The notes beneath the pieces were generated by a model. It had not been told where the DNA came from. It ran no database searches and saw only the letters and a program-made list of their open reading frames with translations. A program made the translations under genes and the position numbers. DNA of 63,225 nt, the filler included, from Intoshia linei (Eukaryota > Animalia > Orthonectida), in the NCBI GenBank assembly GCA_001642005.1. It is 3 parts of 3 records of this genome, joined end to end, with 100 filler letters (N's around TTAATTAATTAA, not from the genome) between each part and the next. Parts side by side here need not be neighbours in the genome. Positions count along the whole stretch, not along the records: positions 31,038 to 61,205 come from LWCA01000369.1; positions 61,306 to 63,225 come from LWCA01002518.1; 1 more part is not named here. The stretch is one strand, 5' to 3'. Shown in pieces: positions 53,501 to 63,225 of the stretch. The stretch's first letter is position 1; each line of letters starts with the position of its first letter.

Positions 53501-56288
53501 CTTTACAATAATAAATGTGTCTTGAATGTAATATTTTAATTTGTATATATTTATTTTATAACAGTTTTACATATTTTATTTTAACGTAAGGCTAATGAAA
53601 TTTTAATGACACCAAATTCGGTATTTTTAAAATGCAGAATAGGCCGATGTTTTTGTAATAATATTATCAACAAACACTACATATTTTACTAGGTTGATTG
53701 TTATGTACTACGTACAAACAGCACCTAGCTCTGCCGAGGGCACATTTTTATTATACCAAAAAAATAAATTCACGTTGAAAATCTAACTTAAAAATCCTAT
53801 CATTCACTATTAGCAATTTTTTAAAGGAACCGTCATATCACATTACTTTTTATTTTAAATTGAATTATTCCATATTAATTTTGTTTTGTTAACAATTGTG
53901 TAAAGAATTTTAAAAACAATTGTTATTTCATTTTTTGAATATATTAGACAGAATGTGTGTATAATATTAAAAATAACATAAAAACAGTTCAATTCTAAAA
54001 ATATTCATAAATAGCATAAATTCTAGAAAAAATAAAATTATCAAAACCTATTTTGTCATTTTCAATGTGATAATGTATATTCAGTACCAATTTAATATTA
54101 TGTGTTAATAATTAACGGAACCAGCACTTTAGAAACATATTTCATATGAATTTTACCTAATTTTACTTTGTTTTGTCTACTGAGTGAGTTTCCTACTGAT
54201 TAGAAGATATTGGTTTCTAATTCATTAATGCATTATACATTCAAATTTTACAAATCAATTACATTACACCTAATATTACAAAAGAATTTTATAATTAATT
54301 AATTATTAATTAATAGAATTTTTTTTAAATGAAGGAATCATGATTTGCAATATCCTTACTTATATAAAATAAAAATTGTTAAAGTATGTATTTTGTTTTG
54401 TCTATCCATGTGTTTATTTATTAACCATTTATATAAATAACTGACTAAAAAAAAAAAAAATCCATTTCTGTATTAGGAATTTAAAAATCACAAATTCTAA
54501 GTCAATTTTTATCGACAAATAACATATGATAAATTTTAATCTTTGAAATATACATATTCACTATCAAAATCCCAAAAAACCGTTTTTTTGGAAAAATTAA
54601 AACCCAATAGCCCTATAATTTAAAAAAAAATAGTTCTAATACTGTTTTTTAAGACTGACGCAATCTCATATTTTTATTATCAGAAATTGTCGCCTTCTGC
54701 AGAACTACCTACTGTTTGGACGAAGTACAAAATAGACAAACCTGTATCAGTATACATGTAAAAACTACTTTCTAAATATTTATTATATTAAGTTAATTAT
54801 CTCTATAATATTCGTCAACAATGACAAGATTTCTTTATATTGAGTGTAAGTGTATTACTTGTTCATATCCAGTTAGAGATATTTATAATTTTTCGAAATA
54901 TTTCGAAAATGATATGATCATTTTAGAGAAATAGAACCGAAATATTCTATGGAGTATTTTATGTTTCATCATTTTATAATATATTAGTGATAATTAAAAA
55001 TGTTTAGGTTAATAATTGTGAAATTAGTGATGAGGGGTTTTATTTGTGCACGTATGGAAACGAAAAGTGTTATTTTGAAATAAAAATAATGGAAAACCCT
55101 TTTTTCCAAACCATGTACGAAGGGATTTCCATCAAATATTTGGATTTTGAAGACTATTACACTGAATCTGAAAAGTAATCATATTTATCGTTATTCTATA
55201 TTCGATAGATTTTCTATGGACTGTCACTTTTTTGATAGCCATAATCAGTAAAAGTACAAAGGTGACCCTTAAACCCTAAAAATTAATTATATTTTATATT
55301 GAAAAATCGCTGAAATTCTTACAAGATAAGATAATGGATTTGATTATATTATTATTTTAGTTCTGAACCAAAATTTTATACCAGTGTTTTATCTAAATAC
55401 ACCGATGAAGACGCTGAAAATTATATTTCCTATAAACTGCTCAACGATGAAAATTGTAGAGCTCTAGCTGTAGACGAATTACGAATTTTATCTTCCTTAA
55501 GGAATAAAAATATTTTAAATATTCTCGTTAACCACATGTACATAACCACTGAACATATTTATATCCCCTTTAATCCGTAATACCAATTTTTTTAAAATTA
55601 AATTAAATTTAGATGTATAAAAACTGCCGTAATACAAGATATTATGAATTTAAATTATTTAAAAGAGGATATTATGTCATGTATAATTTATCAACTGTAC
55701 GAAGCATTCATTTACCTTCATAGCAACAAGATATTGTACAACAATGATTTGTTATTTAATGTTTTTGTACATGAATACGAATTTCTTTCCAAAGATATTA
55801 CCATCTCTATTGCAAATTTTACCAAGAGTAAATATATTTCAACTGAAACACCTAAATTCGATCGAATTGTTAATGGCAATTTTAAAAATTTGGCGACCCA
55901 AGATTTTGAGTTTTTTATTTTATTTTACATTATTATCATGTTATGTTAATAGTGAATTAAATTAAATTATATTAATTAATAGTTTGTAGTTTAATTTATA
56001 AAGTAGACGCATTTCAAATTTTGCTTTCAATATATATAATGGTACTAATGAAAATGATTCGTCGGGACACAATTATATATCAGATATAGACTGCAATTTT
56101 TCCTTTGTTTGCTATTATGATTATATCAAGTATATTTCACCATTTTTTTATTTAGTGTTTATTGTTTATTTAGATCAAATATTAAAAATGAATACGATTA
56201 TCTATGTCATTATTATTTTACTCAAAAAAGCCAAAAACATATAGACACACAACATATAAAAGATTATGTGAAAAATATAGATTTGTGA
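32590..56288 (+). CDS. TRIO: Trio/Kalirin-like multidomain RhoGEF: spectrin repeats, DH1-PH1, possible degenerate SH3, DH2-PH2, Ig, pseudokinase; 5' end (Sec14 domain) not found
   Basis: Exons 32590-32775 and 32907-36577 (spectrin-like helices; DH1 NEIIKTEECFV...IGHCFITW...LISPIQRMTKFSLL; PH1 CIFLFD...KREWV). DH2 exons at ~45076-45993 (YIIDEIINTEINYV, KYCRNKPFSEYIV, LMKPIQRITRYQLLLK). PH2 exons at ~46301, ~48068, ~53026. Ig motif SDEGFYLC at ~55008. Kinase-like exons from ~55361; probable stop TGA at 56286-56288 followed by AATAAA. Linking exons between 36.6 and 45 kb are uncertain. Confidence 0.8.
38144..41057 (-). mobile_element. Chapaev-like (CMC) transposon remnant interrupted by a pogo element
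   Basis: Minus strand 38915-38434 reads FCFICGAYILK (frameshift in a poly-A run) ...WCIPQFCCGTC...QCNFC, resembling the Chapaev3 N-terminal Cys-rich domain. The insert begins CACAGTG (38144) and ends CAGTG (41057). Flanks rejoin into a copy of the hAT element seen at 20323. Confidence 0.55.
38959..40914 (-). mobile_element. Full-length but decayed pogo/Tigger transposon
   Basis: 23-bp TIRs cagtcaaacctg(g/t)tcaatatgaa with TA TSDs. Transposase remnants KASNGWL, IFNCDETGLFY, YYANQKSWMT, ILLLLDNAPVH, QPLDQGII; stops and frameshifts. Confidence 0.92.
41220..42019 (-). mobile_element. Non-autonomous Helitron with both termini
   Basis: On the minus strand: 5' TCCTTACTTATATAATATG and 3' hairpin tgtttgtac-gta-gtacataaca followed by ...CCTAG|T. 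No TSD or TIR. Confidence 0.75.
43922..44170. mobile_element. hAT MITE (249 bp)
   Basis: TIRs aagtggccagcaaact / agtttggtggccactg; TSD cattagga / catcagga; subterminal cgggccaaatccggcccg. Confidence 0.75.
46586..47150 (+). mobile_element. Older Helitron-like copy, plus orientation
   Basis: Starts A|TCCTTACTTATATA; internal region is the reverse complement of 7060-7170. Confidence 0.6.
47156..47206. repeat. 14-nt tandem repeat (tttagaatctaaac) x~3.5
   Basis: Directly visible. Confidence 0.85.
48889..50799 (+). mobile_element. Second decayed pogo/Tigger transposon
   Basis: TA-flanked imperfect TIRs cagtccgaccccgctttggg / cctaaaccgtgttggactg. Transposase remnants FYASNGWL, CDE, IIGKAKNPRC, IILDNASCH, FLPKNTTCLIQPLDMGIIKSFK, KITDYF. 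Confidence 0.9.
50708..50779. mobile_element. 72-bp hAT mini-element inserted in the pogo right TIR
   Basis: Perfect 8-bp TSD ccctaaac (50700-50707 and 50780-50787); ends gagcggttcccaa / ttgagaagtgctg. Confidence 0.75.
51781..52822 (+). mobile_element. Internally deleted Tigger-like element
   Basis: TA-flanked TIRs cagtagtttcttgtt / aacgagaaactactg. Remnant EQIYNANESAVFYKKSP..T.....PGYKSSKDRL. Confidence 0.85.
53689..54150 (-). mobile_element. Helitron-like 3' terminal fragment
   Basis: a|ctaggttgattgttatgtactacgtacaaaca, i.e. hairpin plus CTAG|T on the minus strand; matches 41220-41450. Confidence 0.7.
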
Positions 56289-56337
56289 TATATCTGCTGT
56301 TATTTAATAAATTTTATTTGTAAAGCAATTTTTTTGA

Positions 56338-57054
56338 ATGACGGAAATTACTGCTTCGTCATATGTTGATTTTATCAAGTAAATTTTTATATACAATGTA
56401 CATGTGTATTTCATATATCGGTTTTAGAAATATTGAAAGGAAATGCAACTCTACTGCATTTATAGATTCTGAAAAAAGTGGTGTTTGTAAGAAAATAAAA
56501 CCCAAAACTACACCAGACGTACATTCCTATATAGCGGAACTAGAAAAGTTTGAAGACGAACGCAGAATTATAAACCATGTTAATGTAATTGAAATTTAAT
56601 TTAAACGATACCTTACTTGATATCTAAAGTAAAAAGGTTGTATGGCAACGAGGAAGGTCTATATACTATATCCTTATAATATATATAAGAGGAAAGTCCG
56701 TCGGTTAGCAGACGCAGTAGTAAAAAGCACGACAGATACAGTATGGTGCAATTGATGCGATCTTCTGCTCTTAATGAAAGTGTACAATTTGGTAGTCGGT
56801 TGGCAAGGTCTAACATTGATTCTGAAAAAATTAATACTAGTTTTTCAGATATAAACGTGTCCTGCAATTCAAATAATTTACAAAACAGTAACATTAGAAA
56901 TGTTGAATTTAAATCAGATTCAAACGGGTTGGTGGATAATGAATATAATTATTGGGCTACAGTTTTCGGATTTCCAGAAAATTTAATTGAAAAGTTAATT
57001 GACAAATTTTCAATTAAAATTAATATTAGAAGTATTCCAAAATTTTGTAAATGA
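56338..57054 (+). CDS. NUP35: Nup35/Nup53-like nucleoporin (RRM-like MPPN domain); exon structure and 3' end uncertain
   Basis: Low-complexity Ser-rich N-terminus followed by YWATVFGFPENLIEKLIDKFS...NI, matching Nup35 WVTVFGFP...ILxQF..YGNI. The rest of the domain was not located. Confidence 0.55.
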
Positions 57055-57311
57055 ATCAGCTAAAAATTGTCAAAAATAATTTTTTTTCAATGTAATTATC
57101 ACATTTCAAAAAAAAAATACTAAAATTAAGACCCCAGTATCATAATCTAAAGACAAGTTTTAACATTAAGGGTAAGCATAATGCATAAGAAAATTTAATT
57201 ATTTATCATCTGTATGTATCCCCATTTTCTCAAGCCTGTTTTTGAAAAATGGATGCATTGGACTAATCGTAATATGAAAATAAAATTAATATACATATAT
57301 GTTATATGTAG

Positions 57312-60300
57312 AACAAAGTTTTAAATCTAAAACGCGAAGAACGAGTATTTAAGCATATTAAAGGAAATATTGGTAAAAAGAAGCAAAATATATTGATTCA
57401 ATTTCGTCAATCGAATAATTGTAATGAAATTAATATTATTTAATATGTCACTAATTTGTATGTTTATGTACTATTTATTTGACAGTTCACACTTAATTTT
57501 AATTTTAGATTTGGTAAAAAGCAAAACTGACATATCAAACAAAATTAGAGGTACTAAAATGAATTATACAGAAGAATGTAAAGAATCAAAGCAAAATTTT
57601 AATAGAAACACCAAATTAAAAAAAGAAAATTTTAGTAAATATTTACAAGAGTGTAAAGATTTAAATGTAACATCTAAATTGAAACTTTATAAAATTGAAA
57701 AAGAAATTTATCAAGTAATGTGTCAAATTAGAAATTCTAAAAAATTGACAACATTAGCTGTTAATCATATGTACAATATTATTAAATCTCAAGAAACCAA
57801 AAATTCTCTACTGATTGAAAAAGTTATTAAATTAAACAGAATGTTTACTCGTTTCAGATATAAAAATGCTTCTAAAGCTGATGAAATTCATGATGGATTT
57901 CTACAGATTCTAAAGTTGACTAGTAATCAACAAGAAAATATTTTTGAACAAGAAAATTATTCAAAAATGTATTTTTACGATTTGATGAAATCCTAACTTA
58001 CATTGTATATATTATATATAATAATATGCTACGCGGTTTTTGTTTGTGTGTGTGTGTCTGTGTGTTACGCTTTATTTAAATAACTACCAGTCTTAAAATT
58101 TTTTAAAGACCACATTTCAATTACAGTTTTTTTCGGGACATATAATAAGATAAATTTCAACCTCCCAAACTCACATCTTACAGGTCAAAAACCCCAATTG
58201 TCCTTTTTTTTGAAAATCAAACGAGTTAGAGAATTTAAAAAAATATATACGCTGATACGGATTTTAAAATCATAAACATTACCATAAATTTAAATTTAAA
58301 AAAATTATATCTTCAGGGCCAAAACCACAAATTACCCTTCTTTTTTTAATGAAAACAGCCCTAGAATTTCAAAAAATTTACAGGTGGTACAGTTGTATCA
58401 TATTAAATATTAACAACCATAAAAAATTTCAATCCGAATAAGTGACGACTTCATGGTCAAAAAAGAATTTTAATATTCATATATTTTTTCTCCGAAATAT
58501 TTTATTAAAACAAAAAATGTGAAATAATTAACGGTCCCAAAATTAAAAAAAATATTTTTCTGATAGACCTTATTCCAGTTGATATAAATACAAAATTTCA
58601 ACCCCAGAAATCTACGCATTCCGTTGACCAATAATTTTTAATATATTATTAACCAATATTTCTCAAATATTTTGATTAAAATATAAATTGAAAATGTAAA
58701 TATTGATCCTACAACTTGAAAACAAAATTTGCATTGTACGTCTACACATTTCCAATATAGAAATATGGATGAAAATCTATATACCTCATTCCTTTGCAAT
58801 TTTTTCATTGCTACAAAATTTTTAAATTTCCAATTCTCATTTTCAGAATATTTTGTTTCAAAACTACAACAAAATTTTGTACGTAGTACATATCAACAAT
58901 ACGTAGCATCTAGATTTGCCGAAAAGACATTTTATTCTACCAAAAAAATAAATTCACGTTGAAAATCTAATTTAAAAATCCTACTATTCACTATTATCAA
59001 TCCTTTAAAGGAGTGGTTCCCAAATTTGTTTCAGGTCGAACCATTATATCACATTACTTTTTATTTTAAAGTGAATTATCCATCTTAATTTTTTGTTTAA
59101 TAACAATTGCGTAAAGAATTTAATTAAAAATTGTTATCCCATTTTCTTAATTTATTAGACAAATGTGTGTATAATATGAAAAATAAAGTAAAATAAAGTA
59201 AAATAAAATAAATAAATGTAGTTGCTTAACGACTTTAGAGCATCCGACTTGTAAGTTATTTAAAATTATATGAAATGTAAACAATTTTTATGTATTGTTG
59301 AATAACGAGTTTAGAGCATCCGATTTGAATGGCTCTATCAATAACAATGTTTATAAAAACAACCAAAAACTGTTCTTATGGACAGAGTTTACTTTATATT
59401 TTTTAAACTTGAATGAAGTTTAGAAAATAAGTTACATTAGTGTCAAATTCTGTTTATTAATTGAATATTTTTAAATATTAAAATTTTAATATGAATAATA
59501 TAACATTATCAAATGTATGTCAAAAAAAAAAAAAGAGTGATGATTATATTCGTTAAGGGTTCACTAAAATAAATAATATTGATAAATCGGACAAACCACA
59601 GTGTTTTTTATGTTCAGAAGTGTTTTCTAATTTAAATTAAAAGCCATTTTTAGTATTTTCATCTAAAAATTTTGTGTTATGGTTGTTATAATATTCCATT
59701 TTTTCGAATTTAAGTTTCTCCATATTTTTGGAAGCGAAATCGAATTTTATTGATATAATGGGTGCAAATAGAAAAAGGTTAAGAACCCATGCACTACAGT
59801 AACTAAAATTAAATTTTTTTTAAGATTTTATTCTTATTCTCTATAATTAATAAAATAATCTTGTCTCAAATGATCTCAAATTTGTCTTAAAATTAAAAAT
59901 TCGACCATCGGCTGAGCTAGCTGTTGTTTGTAAATAGTACATAACAGTGATCCCAGTGTAAGATAATTAATCACGATATATTTAAAATAATTGATTAGAA
60001 ATACTGAAAAAAAAATAAAAACATTGTTGAAAAATTACAAACACGTCGAAAATTCGATGAACAAGAATGAATTACAATTTAAAGATAAAATTAAATATGG
60101 TAATAAAAAAATTTATATTTGGATAACCTCATTATACAATTTACATCTAAAAAATTTTTCCAGGCTTTTTAATTAAATTATTCTTTAATCAAAATTTTAT
60201 GTAATATCTATTTTATATTAGAAAATCGTCAATAATTTGATGTAACAAACAAAATAAATAAGAACATGCAATTGCAAATACAAGAAAATGACAATCATGA

Positions 60301-60773
60301 AATAGCGCTGTTCAAAATTAATTACAATACAATTTTGGATAATGTGAAATCACATGTTAATAGAAAGAACAAATTCCATAAAAAAATTTTAATTCCCAAA
60401 AACGTACAAACAAAACCACACTTACCCAAAATTTGTTCATGCTTGACAGTAATTTATCTACAAAAAAATATTATAAGATTTTTAAAATTATTTTTAGAAA
60501 AATGAAAACGTTATAAATAATAATGAAAAACGGTACAAAAAAATGTATTGTGATTTAGGTTGGGAAAAGAATAAAAAAGTTGCACAATGTAAAAACTCTA
60601 AAAAGTTGCTATTGAAAAGTGTTTATAAAAGTGAAAAATTGTTATATGACAGATTGAAACAAAATTCTGAAATGACCAAATCATTGGAAAAAAATTACAC
60701 CTCAAACCTTCACGAATATAATCATATTGTACACGTACAAGATAATATTAGACAAAAATTACTAAATTGTTGA
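57312..60773 (+). CDS. Coiled-coil protein(s), multi-exon; weak resemblance to CCDC65/DRC2
   Basis: Lys/Glu-rich open exons at ~57312-57420, 57509-57970, 59998-60098, 60222-60390 and ~60500-60773. LIEKVIKLNRMFTRF is reminiscent of the DRC2 EKILKLAEICRKF segment. Confidence 0.45.
57991..59956 (+). mobile_element. Composite Helitron-like insertion: plus-strand copy, inverted 3' fragment, hAT remnant, 3' hairpin end
   Basis: 5' A|TCCTAACTTA at 57991; body is the reverse complement of the 7.0/41.6 kb copies. Inverted 3' fragment at ~58870-59200. BED-finger-like GFT...DKPQCFLCSEVFSN at ~59540-59640. 3' end gagctagctgttgtttgtaaatagtacataaca...cccag|t. Confidence 0.65.
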
Positions 60774-61205
60774 AATTACAAGTTTTATTAATGGTTAATT
60801 GAAATTATTATTAAAATATTTGATTATTTTCGATTAACCCTTGGACATCATAATTAACTCATGCGTTTAGTCTTAAATTTGGAAATATTTAATATTACAT
60901 CTATGCGTGTGATATTACATTTGACAATATGCAATGAAACATATTTTGTAATAAGTACACAATTATCCGTATATAATGTGTTTTGAAGGATAAGTATTTA
61001 CATACAAATTATAATTATTGGTAAATTTTACCTCAGTTTCAATTTTTAAAACCTTTATTAATTTTTTATAATTCCATTTTTTCGTGTCGTTTATAATAGG
61101 TAATCGCCACTAATGTAATTCTGCTGTTTTTTAAATTCAAAAAAACAGAAAAACTTAATCTGGTATTAATTTTTTAAACATAAATTTATTGTTGTATACT
61201 AAAAG

Positions 61206-61305
61206 NNNNNNNNNNNNNNNNNNNNNNNNNNNNNNNNNNNNNNNNNNNNTTAATTAATTAANNNNNNNNNNNNNNNNNNNNNNNNNNNNNNNNNNNNNNN
61301 NNNNN
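61206..61305. other. Assembly gap with artificial TTAATTAATTAA spacer
   Basis: Same 100-nt structure as 30938-31037. Confidence 0.95.
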
Positions 61306-61904
61306 GACACATATTTCAATCTCAAAAAATTTCGCGACACACCAATCAAAAAAATAAAGGATTGATTAATAAATATAATTGAACCAATTTTTTCTAATAA
61401 TAATCTGAAAATAAGCTATGTAAAATTTATCATCATTACTAAAAATATATCTGATTTGCATTTTTATATCTTCCAATTGTATTATCTGCTATAATGGAAT
61501 TTAAAAAAAAAATTAAATAAAATTTTAAGTTTGGCGACACACAAAAATGTCACGACACACCGGTTGGAAAGCACTGGTCTAAGCTAATGTGGAATACAAA
61601 TTTTATGGCATGTCATAATAGTTATATACGTGTCTAGTAGAGGTGTTCCAAAATTTTATAAATTAGGAACAAATACTGATAAAGTTGCGTATGATAGTTT
61701 TATGATAATTGTGAAAAGAAGAAAAACAGTATAAAAAATCACACCCCTAGTGTCTAGTGCATAAAGTTTCACATTATTGTACTAGTTTTGTTCTAATGCA
61801 TGAACTCGAAGAGTGAGTGCATTATAACAAACGAGTTTCATGATGAGTGTGAAACTAATGCCTAAATACGTATTATATTTTAGAAATTGTCTACCAAATT
61901 TAGA

Positions 61905-62087
61905 TAGTGCGACCAGAAGTACGACTTTTGGCACTGTTCCAAAGTCGTACTTCCGACGTACTTTTCAAAACTAAATAAACTTATACATTGAAATTTAACT
62001 TAAATGTTTATTTTTCTAGTCAAAAATTAATCAAAAACATATTTTGTTTCTAAGCAATAAAAGTACGACAAAAACATGGTCAGCCTA
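61905..62087. mobile_element. Possible hAT(Ac)-type MITE
   Basis: Ends tagtgcgacca / tggtcagccta; flanking atttaga repeated on both sides; internal gtacgac motifs in both orientations. Confidence 0.5.
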
Positions 62088-62118
62088 ATTTAGAGCAAGC
62101 TTTAGTTAAAATATTTAA

Positions 62119-62949
62119 CCCTTTCACTGTCTGAGTATTCTATACCAGTGCTGCTCATGTCAAATTTTGAAATGAGCAAGTTGAGTAATAATAGTTTACT
62201 ATATTATTCTCACGCGTGATTTTGTATTATCATTTGACATTTTAACTGAGCTATTTTTATTTCTACTTAACTATAATTTAATTTTTGGCTTTTAAATTTT
62301 TAGTTTAAATTTTAATTTGGAGTGCAAAATTTAAGTAATTTTAGTATTGTTAATTTCACATTTCATTTAAAATGCTCAAATAGCAATGTGAGCTCAAAAA
62401 ATAATAAGCTTGCTTCNGTATTATCATTTGACATTTTAACTGAGCTATTTTTATTTCTACTTAACTATAATTTAATTTTTGGCTTTAAAATTTTCAGCTT
62501 TCAGCAAAATTTAAATAATTTTAGTATTGTTAATTTCACATTTCATTTGAAATGCTCAAAGAGCAATGTGAGCTCAAAAAATAATAAGCTTGCTTCTAAT
62601 CGAAGTCATAGAATTACATGTACTTAATTATACAATTATTTACAATGACATTTCAATTTGAAATATCATGATTTGTTCAAATTAAAAATGAGCTTTTTCG
62701 TATTGCTTAATGAGCAAATTTTTGAAAATGAGTCAATAGTTGAGCAGCTCTGTTCTATACTATACACAGCAATTTCACTTCACACGTCTGTGTATTCTAT
62801 AATATACACAACATGATTTTGAAAAACTTTATTCTTTTATTTTCATACATTTTTACATAATAATTTAAAAATAATACAAATTTAAATTTAGAACATAAAT
62901 TCCAGACGTCTGGTGATAGTATATAAAATTTCACTGGACAGTGAAAGGG
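62119..62949. mobile_element. Non-autonomous piggyBac-like element
   Basis: TTAA TSDs (62115-62118 and 62950-62953); 13-bp perfect TIR ccctttcactgtc / gacagtgaaaggg. Confidence 0.85.
62146..62752. mobile_element. hAT MITE nested in the piggyBac-like element, with an internal ~190-bp tandem duplication
   Basis: Perfect 8-bp TSD ttctatac; TIRs cagtgctgctca / tgagcagctctg; many TGAGC subterminal motifs; duplicated blocks at ~62225-62416 and ~62418-62596. Confidence 0.85.
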
Positions 62950-63225
62950 TTAATATTTAGATTAAAAATTGTTTACCAAACGCATTTATTTATATTATCG
63001 TTTGTTTCAATTATAAATTCTATTTTCATTTTTATTTTATTAATTTATATTTACTTCAAATTTTACAATAAACATTTAAATTGTAAATTGCATTATAACA
63101 GCGGTTCTCAAATAGGATCATATTAAATGTAAACATGACTCTTGCAATAGGAAACATTTATATATTGCAATTGTAAACATCAGAACATATGAATCTAGAG
63201 TGGGCTACTTTATGAAATTTATTGA

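Noticed and set aside
59228-59327. Two 24-nt direct repeats (aacga.tttagagcatccga.ttg) with a spacer, CRISPR-like
   Set aside because: Only two imperfect copies, eukaryotic context, no cas genes, and located in TE debris.

Overview
Very AT-rich eukaryotic (animal) genomic DNA with many 30-70 nt GT-AG introns, highly diverged proteins and dense DNA-transposon debris. This style suggests a reduced-genome invertebrate such as an orthonectid, but that is inference only. Gene order: the last two exons of a Crumbs-like protein (TM plus GxYxPxxxE...PPEQRLI* tail); a disrupted nicotinic acetylcholine receptor alpha gene; a tandem array of three divergent PRD-class K50 homeobox genes with an N-terminal eh1-like motif and a shared 19-bp upstream element; a long coiled-coil gene resembling CCDC171 (-); a RUN-coiled-coil-FYVE gene (-); a ~24 kb Trio/Kalirin-like RhoGEF (spectrin repeats, DH-PH, DH-PH, Ig, catalytically dead kinase); a Nup35-like gene; and a further coiled-coil gene. 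Mobile DNA includes IS630/Tc1, pogo/Tigger, hAT-Buster, Chapaev-like, piggyBac-like and Mutator/foldback elements plus a multi-copy non-autonomous Helitron family, often nested. Two 100-nt N gaps carry an artificial TTAATTAATTAA spacer. No CRISPR, rRNA or tRNA was recognised. The best candidate for something undescribed is the K50 homeobox triplet with its conserved, possibly autoregulatory, upstream element. All protein assignments come from manual translation and recalled motifs, not database searches.
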